64,000 nucleotides of DNA from Parcubacteria bacterium GBS-2 (GCA_001443025.1 LEKP01000003.1:86652-150651), one strand, 5' to 3'. Shown: positions 17,855-27,310, counted from the stretch's first letter. Notes: generated from the letters alone by a model not told the origin. A program made the numbers and translations.

Positions 17855-18784
17855 ATGCTCAAGATAAAAGGAGAGGTTCCCTTAAAAGATCATACAATTT
17901 TTAAAATCGGAGGGCCGGCTCGCTATTTTTTTGTTGCCCAAAATGAAAAAGATTTAAAAAATGCAATTTTGTGGGGAAAAAAGAAAAAAATTCCTTTTTT
18001 TGTTTTGGGTGGAGGAAGTAATGTTTTGTTTTCAGATGAGGGTTTTAGGGGGCTTGTAATAAAACTCCGCAATACGCAATACGAAATACGAAATACTAAA
18101 ATAACTGCTGAGGCGGGAGTTCCACTGCAAAAATTAGTTTTTGAAACAGCAAAAAAAGGACTCTCTGGGCTTGAAAATTTAGCAGGAATTCCAGGAACTT
18201 TGGGAGGTGCAATTTGGGGAAATGCTGGTGCTTTTGAAAGAGAAATTGGAGATTTAGTTGAAGAAGTTAAAATTTTAAAAATTGAAAATTGCAAATTGCA
18301 AATTGCAAAATTAAAGAAAAAAGATTGTAAATTTGGATACAGAGACAGTATTTTTAAAAAAAGAAAAAATTGGATAATTTTAGAAGCGACTTTGAAACTA
18401 AAAAAAGGAAAGAGGAAAGAAATTGAAAAAAAAATAAAAGAGATTTTGAAATTGAGAAAAGAAAAACAACCCCTTGAATTTCCTTGTGCAGGTTCTGTTT
18501 TTAAAAATGTGCTAATAGAAACAGTTCCCCGAAAAATCCAGGAAAAATTCAAAGAAAAAATAAAAAATGGATTTTTGCCAGCTGGTGTTTTAATTGAGGC
18601 TGCGGAATTAAAAGGCTATCAAATTGGTGGGGCAAAGATTTCAGAAAAACACGCAAATTTTATCGTAAACATTGGAAACGCAAAGGCAAACGATGTAATG
18701 CAGTTGATAGAAAAAATAAAAAAAGAGGTTAAGAAAAAATTTAGAGTTCAACTCGAAGAGGAAATTAAGTTAGTTGGTTTTTAG
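17855..18784 (+). CDS. murB: UDP-N-acetylenolpyruvoylglucosamine reductase
   Basis: 309 aa. FKIGGPARYF, FVLGGGSNVL, GIPGTLGGAIWGNAGA, FGYRDSIF, AGSVFKN. The only plus-strand gene in the window. Confidence 0.85.
   Translation: MLKIKGEVPLKDHTIFKIGGPARYFFVAQNEKDLKNAILWGKKKKIPFFVLGGGSNVLFSDEGFRGLVIKLRNTQYEIRNTKITAEAGVPLQKLVFETAKKGLSGLENLAGIPGTLGGAIWGNAGAFEREIGDLVEEVKILKIENCKLQIAKLKKKDCKFGYRDSIFKKRKNWIILEATLKLKKGKRKEIEKKIKEILKLRKEKQPLEFPCAGSVFKNVLIETVPRKIQEKFKEKIKNGFLPAGVLIEAAELKGYQIGGAKISEKHANFIVNIGNAKANDVMQLIEKIKKEVKKKFRVQLEEEIKLVGF
18068..18102 (+). repeat. Heptanucleotide tandem array A (5 units) inside murB
   Basis: CGCAATA CGCAATA CGAAATA CGAAATA CTAAAAT. Encodes RNTQYEIRNTK. Confidence 0.8.
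18277..18311 (+). repeat. Heptanucleotide tandem array C (5 units) inside murB
   Basis: AAAATTG AAAATTG CAAATTG CAAATTG CAAAATT. Encodes KIENCKLQIAKL. Confidence 0.8.
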
Positions 18785-20049
18785 TTTTCTAATTCAACTA
18801 GAAAGTAATTTTTCTTTCCTTTTCTAATTACAAAGTATTTGCCATGCAGAGCATCTTTTTTTGAGAATTTCTTTTCTTTGTCCTCAACTAACTCTTCATT
18901 AACATTAATTCCTTTTTGTTGGATTAACCTTTTGGCTTCGCTTTTTGAACTAACTACTCCTCCTTCTTTTAAGAGATCCAAAATGGTGATTTCTTTTCCG
19001 ATAGATATTTTCTTTGTCGGGACATCAAAAAGCGCTTCCTTTATTTCTTCTTCTTTCAATTCTTTGACTTTTCCGTAAAACAACAATTCTGAAATTCTTT
19101 CCACTTTTTTTAATTCTTTTTCTCCGTGGACCATTTTTGTTAATTCTCTCGCCAAAACTTTTTGGGCTTTTCTTTCTTTGGGGTTTTCTTCCATTTCTTT
19201 TTCGATTTCCTCAATTTCTTCTTTTGAAAGAAAAGTAAAATATTTTAAAAGCTGAATTACATCTCGGTCATCGGTGTTGATTAAATACTGGTAAAACTGA
19301 TAAACTGGGGTTAAATTTTTGTCCAAAAAAATCGCTCCTTTTTCTGTTTTTCCAAATTTCTTTCCTGATTTTGTCAAAAGCAAAGGAAGAGTAAATCCAA
19401 AAACCTCTACTCCTTTTATTTTCTTTATAAGTTCTATTCCGCAAACGATGTTTCCCCATTGGTCAGATCCTCCAATTTGAAGTTGGCAATTTTCTTTTTC
19501 ATAAAGCTTCAAAAAATCGATTGCCTGCAAAATCATATAAGAGAATTCGCAAAAGGAAATTCCGGTAGTTGAAATTCTTTCTTTAACCCATTCTTTAGAG
19601 ATCATTTGAGAAACTTGAAGATATTTTCCATAATCTCTTAAAAAAGAAATTAAATCAATTTTTGAAAGCCATTCAAAATTGTCTAAAATTTTTGCTGGAT
19701 TTTTTTTGGTTTTAAAATCCAAAATTTTCTCAAATTGCTTTTTGAGTCTTTCTCCCCATTCTTTAACTTTCTCTACCGGGTTCAAAACCCTTTCTTTTGT
19801 CTTTCCTGAAGGATCTCCGATCAAGGCAGTCCCTCCCCCAACCAATGCGATAGGGTGGTGACCAAAAATCTGAAATCTCCTTAATGTCAAAAGAGGAACC
19901 AAATTTCCCAAATGCAAAGATGGAGCTGTAGGATCAAAACCACAATACAAAACAATTTTTTCTTTTTTTAGCTTTTCCTTCAATCCTTTTTCGTTGGTTA
20001 TTTGATAAATCAGTCCTCTAAATTTTAGATCTTCAAAAATATCTTGCAT
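18781..20049 (-). CDS. tyrS: Tyrosyl-tRNA synthetase
   Basis: HIGH-type motif SLHLGN, KMSKS-type KFGKT, C-terminal S4 domain. Confidence 0.9.
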   Translation of the reverse strand: MQDIFEDLKFRGLIYQITNEKGLKEKLKKEKIVLYCGFDPTAPSLHLGNLVPLLTLRRFQIFGHHPIALVGGGTALIGDPSGKTKERVLNPVEKVKEWGERLKKQFEKILDFKTKKNPAKILDNFEWLSKIDLISFLRDYGKYLQVSQMISKEWVKERISTTGISFCEFSYMILQAIDFLKLYEKENCQLQIGGSDQWGNIVCGIELIKKIKGVEVFGFTLPLLLTKSGKKFGKTEKGAIFLDKNLTPVYQFYQYLINTDDRDVIQLLKYFTFLSKEEIEEIEKEMEENPKERKAQKVLARELTKMVHGEKELKKVERISELLFYGKVKELKEEEIKEALFDVPTKKISIGKEITILDLLKEGGVVSSKSEAKRLIQQKGINVNEELVEDKEKKFSKKDALHGKYFVIRKGKKNYFLVELEN

Positions 20050-20061
20050 TTTTTAATTGTA

Positions 20062-20847
20062 TCAAGACTTTAATTTTCTGAAAATTATTAAAAACCCAGT
20101 GTGAGCTACCATTCTATCTTTTGGTCTTAAAGCAATTTTTCTTTTTTGCCATTCTCTTTGCAAAGTTTCAAAAATTCCTTCTAAAACAAAATCTTTTGAA
20201 AATTCTTTTTCTACTTTTTCAGTTAATTCAAAAACTTGAAGAATGGTTGGTAACCAACAAGCCAAAATCCCTCCTTCTTTTAAAACTTCTTTAACTTTTT
20301 TGAGATAATTCCATGGATCTGGCAAATCCAAAATTACTCTGTCAAAATCTTTTTCCTCAATTTCTGCCAAATTTTGTCTTTTCAAAGTCAAACTTTTTAT
20401 TTCTTCAATCCTTTTTTGATAGAATTCTTCAATGTTTTTCTTTGCATTTTCAACCATATCCTCTCTCTCATCAATCGAAATTACTTTTCCTTTTTCCCCT
20501 ACTGCCCTAATCAAATATAAAGTCAAAGCTCCAGAACCAGTTCCTGCTTCCAAAACTTTTGCCCCTTCAAAAATATCTGCCAAAACTAAAATTTGTCCAA
20601 CATCTTTTGGATAAATAATTTGGGAAATCCTTTTTAATTTTTTTAAAACAAAATCTCTTAGAGTTGGTTTCAAAATCAAAAGTTCCTCACCCTTTGAAGA
20701 AACAATTGTTTGCCCTGCTCTCTTTTTTAGAATTTCATCGTGCAAAATTTTCCCTTTGTGAAAAGCAAAAACCCCTCCTTTTTTAAGCGTAAAAAGATAT
20801 TTCTTTCCTTTTTTATCTTCAAGTAAAATCAATTCCCCTTCTTTCAT
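20062..20847 (-). CDS. trmI: tRNA (adenine58-N1)-methyltransferase (TrmI/GCD14 family)
   Basis: IIYPKDVGQILVLADI..., SAM motif VLEAGTGSGALTLYL, DLPDPWNYL. Confidence 0.8.
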   Translation of the reverse strand: MKEGELILLEDKKGKKYLFTLKKGGVFAFHKGKILHDEILKKRAGQTIVSSKGEELLILKPTLRDFVLKKLKRISQIIYPKDVGQILVLADIFEGAKVLEAGTGSGALTLYLIRAVGEKGKVISIDEREDMVENAKKNIEEFYQKRIEEIKSLTLKRQNLAEIEEKDFDRVILDLPDPWNYLKKVKEVLKEGGILACWLPTILQVFELTEKVEKEFSKDFVLEGIFETLQREWQKRKIALRPKDRMVAHTGFLIIFRKLKS

Positions 20848-21791
20848 TTTTTGATCGTTGCCTTAATTTTCTCTTTTAATTTACAAAAATTGCAAATTTC
20901 TGCCACTGTTAAATAACCGCATTTTTGACAAGAGAAAAGTTTTTCAGGTTTTTCTTTTCCAAAAATTCTTTTCCTTTTTAAAAACCCTTTGTAAAAATTC
21001 AAAGCAGAAGATGGCATCTCATTTTCTAAATCTTCGATAATTCTTTTAAATAAAACATAAGTTCCCCCTCTTAACGGACAGCGCTCTTTTAAATAAGGTA
21101 ATTTTAAAATATCGCAAAAAAGTTTTGTTTCTCTTTCAAAACAAAGTGTCAATGGTTTTGCTCTCTTTTTTAAGGATTCTTCTTCCCTCAAAACTGGAAA
21201 CTGCCTTTTAATGAATCCTTCTTGCCAAAAGATCAAAGATTTCAAAAGAGAACCTGCTTCATCGTTTAGAGTGTGGCCGGTAACGATTACATCAAAATCT
21301 TTTGCCTCCCTGTTTAATAAATATCTCTTTATCATTCCACAAACTCCACAAATTTCTTTTTTTGAAATTTTTGCAGCTAACTTTACATCAACTTCAATCT
21401 CGTCTTTAAAGTTAAGAATTTTCAATGGCAAGTTTTCCTTTCTTGCAAACTCTTCAACTACTTTTTGAGATTTTTCTGAATAATCGTTTTCTTTAATTTG
21501 GCAGTTAATATGAAACAAAGTAATGTTGTATCCCAAGTCTTTCAAAGCTTTTGCCAAAGCAGTAGAATCCTTGCCACCAGAAATTGCCACTGCAATTTTA
21601 TCTTTTTCAGAGAACATTTTAAATCTTTCAATCGTTTCCTTTATCCTTTTTTTGAAAAAATCCAAAAAGCAATCTAAACAAATCTTTAAATTATAACTTC
21701 TCAAATGTACCCCCTCTTTTACTTTCTGGCAAATTCTGCATTTTAAAATTTTTGTTTTCTCAACCATTTTTGATTGAAAATTTAACGTCAA
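20844..21791 (-). CDS. ttuA: PP-loop tRNA 2-thiolation enzyme, TtuA/Ncs6 family
   Basis: N-terminal CxxC...CxxC, PP-loop AISGGKDS, CGVCG plus CPL Fe-S ligand candidates, C-terminal CQKCG...CNFC. Confidence 0.75.
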   Translation of the reverse strand: MTLNFQSKMVEKTKILKCRICQKVKEGVHLRSYNLKICLDCFLDFFKKRIKETIERFKMFSEKDKIAVAISGGKDSTALAKALKDLGYNITLFHINCQIKENDYSEKSQKVVEEFARKENLPLKILNFKDEIEVDVKLAAKISKKEICGVCGMIKRYLLNREAKDFDVIVTGHTLNDEAGSLLKSLIFWQEGFIKRQFPVLREEESLKKRAKPLTLCFERETKLFCDILKLPYLKERCPLRGGTYVLFKRIIEDLENEMPSSALNFYKGFLKRKRIFGKEKPEKLFSCQKCGYLTVAEICNFCKLKEKIKATIKK

Positions 21792-22686
21792 TTTTATCCC
21801 TTGCTTTTTTCGAATATTTTAAAATTAACTCCTTTGCTTTTTCTAAAATTTCGTTTGGGATTTTAGCCTGATAAGATCTAATCAGGGCTGTAGGGCCTGG
21901 ATAATTTTTCATTTTTATTATAAGGTCGCCATTTCTCTTTAAAGTTTCGAGTTTTAAATTTTCTTCATAGTTCCTTCCGATTATTATTTTTACATTACCT
22001 TCCCAAAAATGCCTTCCTAACTTTAAAGTTTCTACATCGTTCCCATTAAATCCTGGATATTTTTCCAAAAGATCTCTTAATTTTTTTCCAAATTCCAAAT
22101 CGGTCAAAATGCAACCTCCAGAAGGTTGAGGATACCATTTTATTTTAAATTTTTTTGCAAGTTCAATTTGCTTTTTTCTTGACCTTCCTTGAATATCAAA
22201 AAGTTTTTCTCTTTTTACCAATCCTTTCTTTTCTGGAATCGTTGGCTCTAAAAGTTTTGCAGAAAGTGGCCTTAAAAGATAACCTTTTAAAGAACTTTCT
22301 CTCTCAACTATATTTAAAGCTCCTCTAGTTTGTGAAAATGGTCTTTCTCCCAAAACTTCTCCTGTCGCTACAAAATCGAATTTTTCTTTTTCCATTATTT
22401 CTTTCGCTTTCTTTAACATCAAAATGTGACAATCCAAGCAAGGATTCATTGAGACTCCCCAACCAAATTTTGGTTTTTTCACAATTTCCAAATGCCCTTT
22501 TGAGATATCTTCAATTCTTAAATTCAGTCCATTTTCTTTTGCAGATTTTTGAGCAATCTCTGGCCCGAAAAAATAAGATTTAAAAAAAACAGGAACTACC
22601 TCTATTTTTTGTTCCTCTAAAATTTTGCAAGTCAAAATCGAATCTAATCCTCCAGAAAACAAAACTAAAGCCTTAACTTTTCCCAT
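21760..22686 (-). CDS. PP-loop ATPase, ThiI-like tRNA sulfurtransferase catalytic domain (no THUMP domain)
   Basis: LFSGGLDS PP-loop, NPCLDC, TGEVLGERPFSQT resembling ThiI TGESLGQVASQT. Confidence 0.6.
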   Translation of the reverse strand: MGKVKALVLFSGGLDSILTCKILEEQKIEVVPVFFKSYFFGPEIAQKSAKENGLNLRIEDISKGHLEIVKKPKFGWGVSMNPCLDCHILMLKKAKEIMEKEKFDFVATGEVLGERPFSQTRGALNIVERESSLKGYLLRPLSAKLLEPTIPEKKGLVKREKLFDIQGRSRKKQIELAKKFKIKWYPQPSGGCILTDLEFGKKLRDLLEKYPGFNGNDVETLKLGRHFWEGNVKIIIGRNYEENLKLETLKRNGDLIIKMKNYPGPTALIRSYQAKIPNEILEKAKELILKYSKKARDKIDVKFSIKNG

Positions 22687-22695
22687 TAGTAAATT

Positions 22696-23106
22696 TTATC
22701 TAATTTGAATTGTTTTTGCAGTGAGATATCCTTCAGTCGTTTGTTCTCCAGACACTAAAACTTGTTTTCCAATTTCAATGTCTTCAATATTTCCCTCTAC
22801 AGATTTTAGAATTTGAGTAGATTCTGCAACAAAAACTATTTTTGTGCTTCCGTCTGGCAATTTTATCGTTAAACTCTTTTCATCTTTTGATATAACCTGA
22901 CCTGATAAAAATCCTACTCCTTCTCTTTGCCTTTGAGGAATCTCTCCTCTTTGGAATGTTTGTCCTCTTTGTTGAAAAATTTCTCTCATTTTCTCTGGCG
23001 TCAAATTTTTCAATGCCTGCGATTGTCCGTATTTCATTCCACCAAAAAATCCTCCAGTTCCTACAACGATTAAGGCAATTAAAATCAAAATTAAATTTTT
23101 TTTCAT
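22696..23106 (-). CDS. Membrane-anchored/secreted small beta-rich protein (DUF5666-like)
   Basis: 136 aa. N-terminal TM segment, then ...LTIKLPDGSTKIVFVAESTQILK...IGKQVLVSGEQ... Confidence 0.5.
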   Translation of the reverse strand: MKKNLILILIALIVVGTGGFFGGMKYGQSQALKNLTPEKMREIFQQRGQTFQRGEIPQRQREGVGFLSGQVISKDEKSLTIKLPDGSTKIVFVAESTQILKSVEGNIEDIEIGKQVLVSGEQTTEGYLTAKTIQIR

Positions 23107-23158
23107 AATTTTTGGAAAGTTTTCAAACGACCTTTCAAATTTTTAGTTTTAAGCTTCA

Positions 23159-23186
23159 ATTTTGACCTTTGACTTTTGAGTTTTGA
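23159..23186 (-). repeat. Heptanucleotide tandem array B (4 units), intergenic
   Basis: Plus strand ATTTTGA CCTTTGA CTTTTGA GTTTTGA. Shares the 14-nt TTTTGAGTTTTGA(+1) core with the array inside eno. Confidence 0.75.
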
Positions 23187-23190
23187 GTTA

Positions 23191-24402
23191 TTATTCGTAT
23201 CTTAGGGCCTCTATTGGATTAAGTTTTGCTGCTTTTTGAGCTGGCCAATAACCAAAGAAAATTCCGATTGCAGTACAAACTGAAAAAGCCAAAAAAATGG
23301 AAAAAAGAGAAATTTGAGTTGGAATTTGGGCAAATTTTGAAACTCCTAAAGAAATTAACCAGCCCAAAAAAATTCCCACAATCCCACCAAAAACTGTCAA
23401 AAGAACTGATTCTGCCAAAATTTGAATTAAAATTTCTCTATTTTTTGCTCCGATTGCCTTTCTCAAACCAATTTCTCTTGTTCTTTCAGTGACTGAAGTT
23501 AGCATCATATTCATAATTCCAATTCCACCAACTACTAAAGAAATTCCAGCGATAGCTGCTAAAAAAATTGTCATTGTATTTGTAACTTGAGTTAAAGTAG
23601 ATAAAATATCCTCTTGGGAAATAATGGCAAAATCTGGATTTTGAGGATCGACTCGATGTTTTTCTGCTAAAAGTAAAGTTGCTTGCTGTTGAATTTGAGA
23701 TAACAATTCTTTTTTTTCACCTTTAATTAAAATCAAGTTTAAATATTCTGATTTTGCTAAAACTTTTTTCATTGTGGTAATTGGAACAAAAACCATGTCA
23801 TCTGCCACCATTCCCATCACCCCTCCTTTTGGCGCTGCTACTCCAATAACTTTAAAATTTATCCCAGAAATTCTCACTGTTTTTCCAATAGCTTCCTCTT
23901 CTCCAAAAAGATCGTTGGCAATATTTTTTCCCAAAACCGCTACTCTTGAATTGTTTCTCATTTGTTCTTCGTTAAAAGTTGAACCTGCTTCAATCGAAAT
24001 TTCTCTTACCGCAAAAATCTCAGGACTAGCTCCAATAATACTCGTTCTGGTGTTGTTTCCGTTTGGAGCTACAATTTGAAGGGTTCTTTGAATTATTGGA
24101 ACAACATCAACTACTCCTTCAATCGTTTTTAAAACATTAACATCTTCTTCTTTTAAAGTTTGAGCTGTTCCCCTACCCATGAAAACTGCTCCAATTCTAG
24201 TTCCCCCTGGCATTACTGTTAATACATTCGATCCCAAACCTTGAATGCTTTGAGTTATCTCAAATTTTGCTCCTTGACCAATAGATATCATCGCAATCAC
24301 AGAAGCAATTCCAATCACAATGCCCAAAATCGTCAGACCGGATCTGACTTTATTTGCTGATAATGCAAATATTGCTTCGTTTAGCACATCAATTAATTTC
24401 AT
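23191..24402 (-). CDS. ABC transporter permease, MacB/FtsX family
   Basis: 403 aa. N-terminal TM, large extracytoplasmic domain, C-terminal FtsX-type 3-TM bundle (ERTREIGLRKAIGA). Confidence 0.8.
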   Translation of the reverse strand: MKLIDVLNEAIFALSANKVRSGLTILGIVIGIASVIAMISIGQGAKFEITQSIQGLGSNVLTVMPGGTRIGAVFMGRGTAQTLKEEDVNVLKTIEGVVDVVPIIQRTLQIVAPNGNNTRTSIIGASPEIFAVREISIEAGSTFNEEQMRNNSRVAVLGKNIANDLFGEEEAIGKTVRISGINFKVIGVAAPKGGVMGMVADDMVFVPITTMKKVLAKSEYLNLILIKGEKKELLSQIQQQATLLLAEKHRVDPQNPDFAIISQEDILSTLTQVTNTMTIFLAAIAGISLVVGGIGIMNMMLTSVTERTREIGLRKAIGAKNREILIQILAESVLLTVFGGIVGIFLGWLISLGVSKFAQIPTQISLFSIFLAFSVCTAIGIFFGYWPAQKAAKLNPIEALRYE

Positions 24403-24406
24403 AAAT

Positions 24407-25120
24407 TTATTCTTTAATCAATTTTAAAGATTTCGCCTTTTCTCGTGGCGCATCCTCAACAATGTGACCATCTCTTAAAGCAATGATTCTTTTTGCATAT
24501 TGGGCAACATAAAGCTCGTGAGTGACGATGATCAAAGTATGACCTTTTTTATTCAACTCAATTAACGTTTCTAAAACAGCATCTCCGGTTTTCGAATCCA
24601 AATTTCCTGTGGGTTCGTCTGCTAAAATCAATTTTGGATTGTTTACTAGAGCTCTGGCAATTGCTACTCTTTGTTGCATTCCGCCAGATAATTGATTTGA
24701 TAAATGAAACCAGAAATCTTCTGGAAAGGCAGCTGCTCTTAAAGCACTTTTAACCTTCTCTTCCCTTTCTTTTTTTGATAAGCCCTCGTAAATTAGTGGC
24801 AATTCCACATTCTTAAAAACAGTAGCTCTTGGCAATAAATTATACATTTGGAAAACAAAGCCAACTTTCTTTTTTCTAATTTCCACCAGTTCATCTTCAG
24901 ATAATTTTGAAACTTCTTTTCCTTCAAAAAAATATTGGCCAGAACTTGGAGTGTCTAAGCATCCTAAAATATGCATCAAAGTTGATTTTCCAGAGCCGGA
25001 AGGACCGATAATGGCAACGAATTCTCCTTCATTAACAGAAAAAGAAACCCCTCTTAAAGCCCAAGTTTCAACTTCATTTTTGTAAACTTTGGTAATGTTT
25101 TTACATTCAATCAATTTCAT
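24407..25120 (-). CDS. ABC transporter ATP-binding protein (MacB/LolD-like)
   Basis: GPSGSGKST, LSGGMQQRVAIARAL, ILADEPTGNLD. Confidence 0.9.
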   Translation of the reverse strand: MKLIECKNITKVYKNEVETWALRGVSFSVNEGEFVAIIGPSGSGKSTLMHILGCLDTPSSGQYFFEGKEVSKLSEDELVEIRKKKVGFVFQMYNLLPRATVFKNVELPLIYEGLSKKEREEKVKSALRAAAFPEDFWFHLSNQLSGGMQQRVAIARALVNNPKLILADEPTGNLDSKTGDAVLETLIELNKKGHTLIIVTHELYVAQYAKRIIALRDGHIVEDAPREKAKSLKLIKE

Positions 25121-26817
25121 CTTCTTTGAGTCGCTGGCATTCCCATTCCTGGAATTTGAATTCTAAACTGATTTTGGGTTTGGGTTGTTTGAGTTTGTTG
25201 AGAAATTTTTGAAGAAATAACAATATCTCCTTCTGAAATTCCAAATAAAATTTCTGTCATTGTATCGTTTGAAATTCCCACTTCAACTGATTGATTTTTA
25301 ATTTTGACTTCTTTTGGCAAAACTATAGAGGTTCCAATTTTTAATTTATTTTTGATTTCTTCTGGCGCTTCTATTAATTGAACATAGCGTAAATTACCTT
25401 CAGACTTGATTGCGCTGTTTGGCAAAGTCAAAACATCAACTTTCGCCTCAACAATAATTTCAGCAGTGACCGACATTCCGGGTTTTATCCTTTCGTCATC
25501 TGAATCTAAAGCAATTTTCACTCCATAACTTGTTACTCCTTGGCTAACCGTCCCAACTGTATCGACTTCGATTACTTTTCCTGTTAAAGTTAAATCTGGC
25601 AAGGCATCAAAAGTCAAAATTGCTTTTTGATCCATTCTCATCTTTGCAGCATCGATTTCATTTAAGGTGATTTCAGCAATTTTTTGTTTTGCAACAATGA
25701 TCGCTAAAACCGTGACACTTGAAACTGTATCACCTTCTTTAACTTTGACATCAGAAATTATTCCATCAAAAGGAGCATAAATTGAACAATTGGCTAAATC
25801 TTCTTTAGCATCTGAAAGGGCGTCTTCTTTCTTTGTCAAATTGTCTTGAGCATTTTGGATTGCTAACTCAGCATCCCTAATTTGCAAAGGAGAATTTTTT
25901 TCAAGATCATCGATAGTATCTCTAATTTTCTTTAAAGATGAATTAATAGAAGAAATTGTGCTCTCAAAATTTGAAATTTGAGAGGCTTGAGAATTCGTTA
26001 TTGAAAGAGGAATTGGAGGAATAAGACCTTCTTTTTCAAGAATTTTCAAATACTCAGAAATGAGGTTTGAAGTTTGCCTCACTAAATCCAAAAGTGAATT
26101 TGAAAAATCATAGGTTCTCCAAAGTAAATCTTTAATTTGCTCTCTTGGTGAGTCTTGGGTAAGCTTCCAGTATTCTCTTTGTAGAATCTCAAAATTGTCT
26201 TTTAACGGATAAAATCTATCCTCTGCCTTTTCTGTCCAGTAGGACAACGGGTTAGTTTCTCCTTGAAAAGTCCTAATTGAGCGTACAAAGTAAATATAAT
26301 AATCAAGGTCTGTTTCTCGATCGCTATAATTTTTCGCTTTAAAAATTAATTCTAAGTTTGCAATTAAAGAATTTAAATTTTCGTAACTTTCAACTAAGGT
26401 ATCGAGAGCATTTTTGAAGGCGGTTTCTTTAGAATTTTCTAGATCTCTTTTTAACTTCTCATAATTGTCTTGTGCCTTCAAAAGCGTATCTTTTGCATCT
26501 CTTAATGCAATTTGAGCGTCACGAACTGCCCTTTCTTTTGGTTCTCTGTCCAATTCAAACAAAAGTTGACCTTTCTTTACTTCTTGGTTTTTCTCCACAT
26601 AAATTTTAACTATTTCCCCTGAAACTTTTGGCTTAATATCTAATTGATCTTCTGGGGAAATTTGACCTGAACCTGATACTGAAACTAAAATTGTTCCTCT
26701 TTGAACTTGAGTTAGAACATAGCGAGTTGTCTCTTTCTTTTTGAAAAATTTTGCAAAACTAAAATAACCTACTAAAACAAAAACTATTAAAATGGCAATT
26801 AAAATTTTTTTATTCAT
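25117..26817 (-). CDS. HlyD/MacA-type periplasmic adaptor (membrane fusion protein) with a long coiled-coil insert
   Basis: 566 aa. N-terminal TM, lipoyl/barrel motifs (PKVSGEIVKIYVEKNQEVKKGQLLFELD; APFDGIISDVKVKEGD). Q/T-rich C-terminus. Confidence 0.75.
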   Translation of the reverse strand: MNKKILIAILIVFVLVGYFSFAKFFKKKETTRYVLTQVQRGTILVSVSGSGQISPEDQLDIKPKVSGEIVKIYVEKNQEVKKGQLLFELDREPKERAVRDAQIALRDAKDTLLKAQDNYEKLKRDLENSKETAFKNALDTLVESYENLNSLIANLELIFKAKNYSDRETDLDYYIYFVRSIRTFQGETNPLSYWTEKAEDRFYPLKDNFEILQREYWKLTQDSPREQIKDLLWRTYDFSNSLLDLVRQTSNLISEYLKILEKEGLIPPIPLSITNSQASQISNFESTISSINSSLKKIRDTIDDLEKNSPLQIRDAELAIQNAQDNLTKKEDALSDAKEDLANCSIYAPFDGIISDVKVKEGDTVSSVTVLAIIVAKQKIAEITLNEIDAAKMRMDQKAILTFDALPDLTLTGKVIEVDTVGTVSQGVTSYGVKIALDSDDERIKPGMSVTAEIIVEAKVDVLTLPNSAIKSEGNLRYVQLIEAPEEIKNKLKIGTSIVLPKEVKIKNQSVEVGISNDTMTEILFGISEGDIVISSKISQQTQTTQTQNQFRIQIPGMGMPATQRR

Positions 26818-27307
26818 AGAATTTTATCCCTTTAAAACTGGTTTTTGGCGGAAAAACCCGAATTAATTTTGCTTCAATTTGACCTTTATCGTTTGGAGAC
26901 CCAATAATAACTATTATATCACCAACTTTCAAATCTGAAACTTTAATATCTCCTCTGCCTAATTTAATAACTGTCTTTTCTGTTACTACAATAACCTTTT
27001 CAATATTTCCCCTTCCCTTAACAACCAAATTATTTCCTTCGATTTTAATGATTTCTCCAACTGTACCATGTCCCTCTATAAATTCATCAAGGGACGGTAA
27101 AGGTGGCATTCTCCAACTTCCTAAAAATCCAACTTTTGGTCCGGCAAACATTCTGTGATAATTTTCTGCCCAGCGATAAGAAAATTTTGCTTTCCTTTCG
27201 CCAACTAAAACTCCCAAACCAAATACCAAAACAATCACAATAATTGCGAGTAATCCTACAATAATCCACTTTAAAATGTCATGTTTTTTGTTTTGTTTTT
27301 CTTCCAT
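26810..27307 (-). CDS. Membrane-anchored DUF5666-like protein
   Basis: 165 aa. TM segment, then GTVGEIIKIEGNNLVVKGRG...VGDIIVIIGSPNDKGQIEAKLIRVF. Confidence 0.5.
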   Translation of the reverse strand: MEEKQNKKHDILKWIIVGLLAIIVIVLVFGLGVLVGERKAKFSYRWAENYHRMFAGPKVGFLGSWRMPPLPSLDEFIEGHGTVGEIIKIEGNNLVVKGRGNIEKVIVVTEKTVIKLGRGDIKVSDLKVGDIIVIIGSPNDKGQIEAKLIRVFPPKTSFKGIKFYE

Positions 27308-27310
27308 GTT

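Noticed and set aside
18068-18311. Heptamer arrays as a CRISPR or minisatellite locus
   Set aside because: The units are only 7 nt with no spacers, the arrays span 28-35 nt, they lie inside intact essential genes, and no cas genes are present.
17923-18552. 209-aa minus-strand ORF opposite murB, plus about 45 other 60-170 aa antisense ORFs listed on the plus strand
   Set aside because: They mirror well-supported genes on the other strand. They have low-complexity F/S/L/K-rich translations typical of antisense frames in AT-rich DNA, and they lack start context.
25141-25215. Short nucleotide repeats TTTGGG/TTTGAG near the 5' end of the MFP ORF as listed (its C-terminus)
   Set aside because: Period 6/9, in frame, encoding a Q/T-rich low-complexity tail (QQTQTTQTQNQ). 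It is not related to the period-7 arrays.
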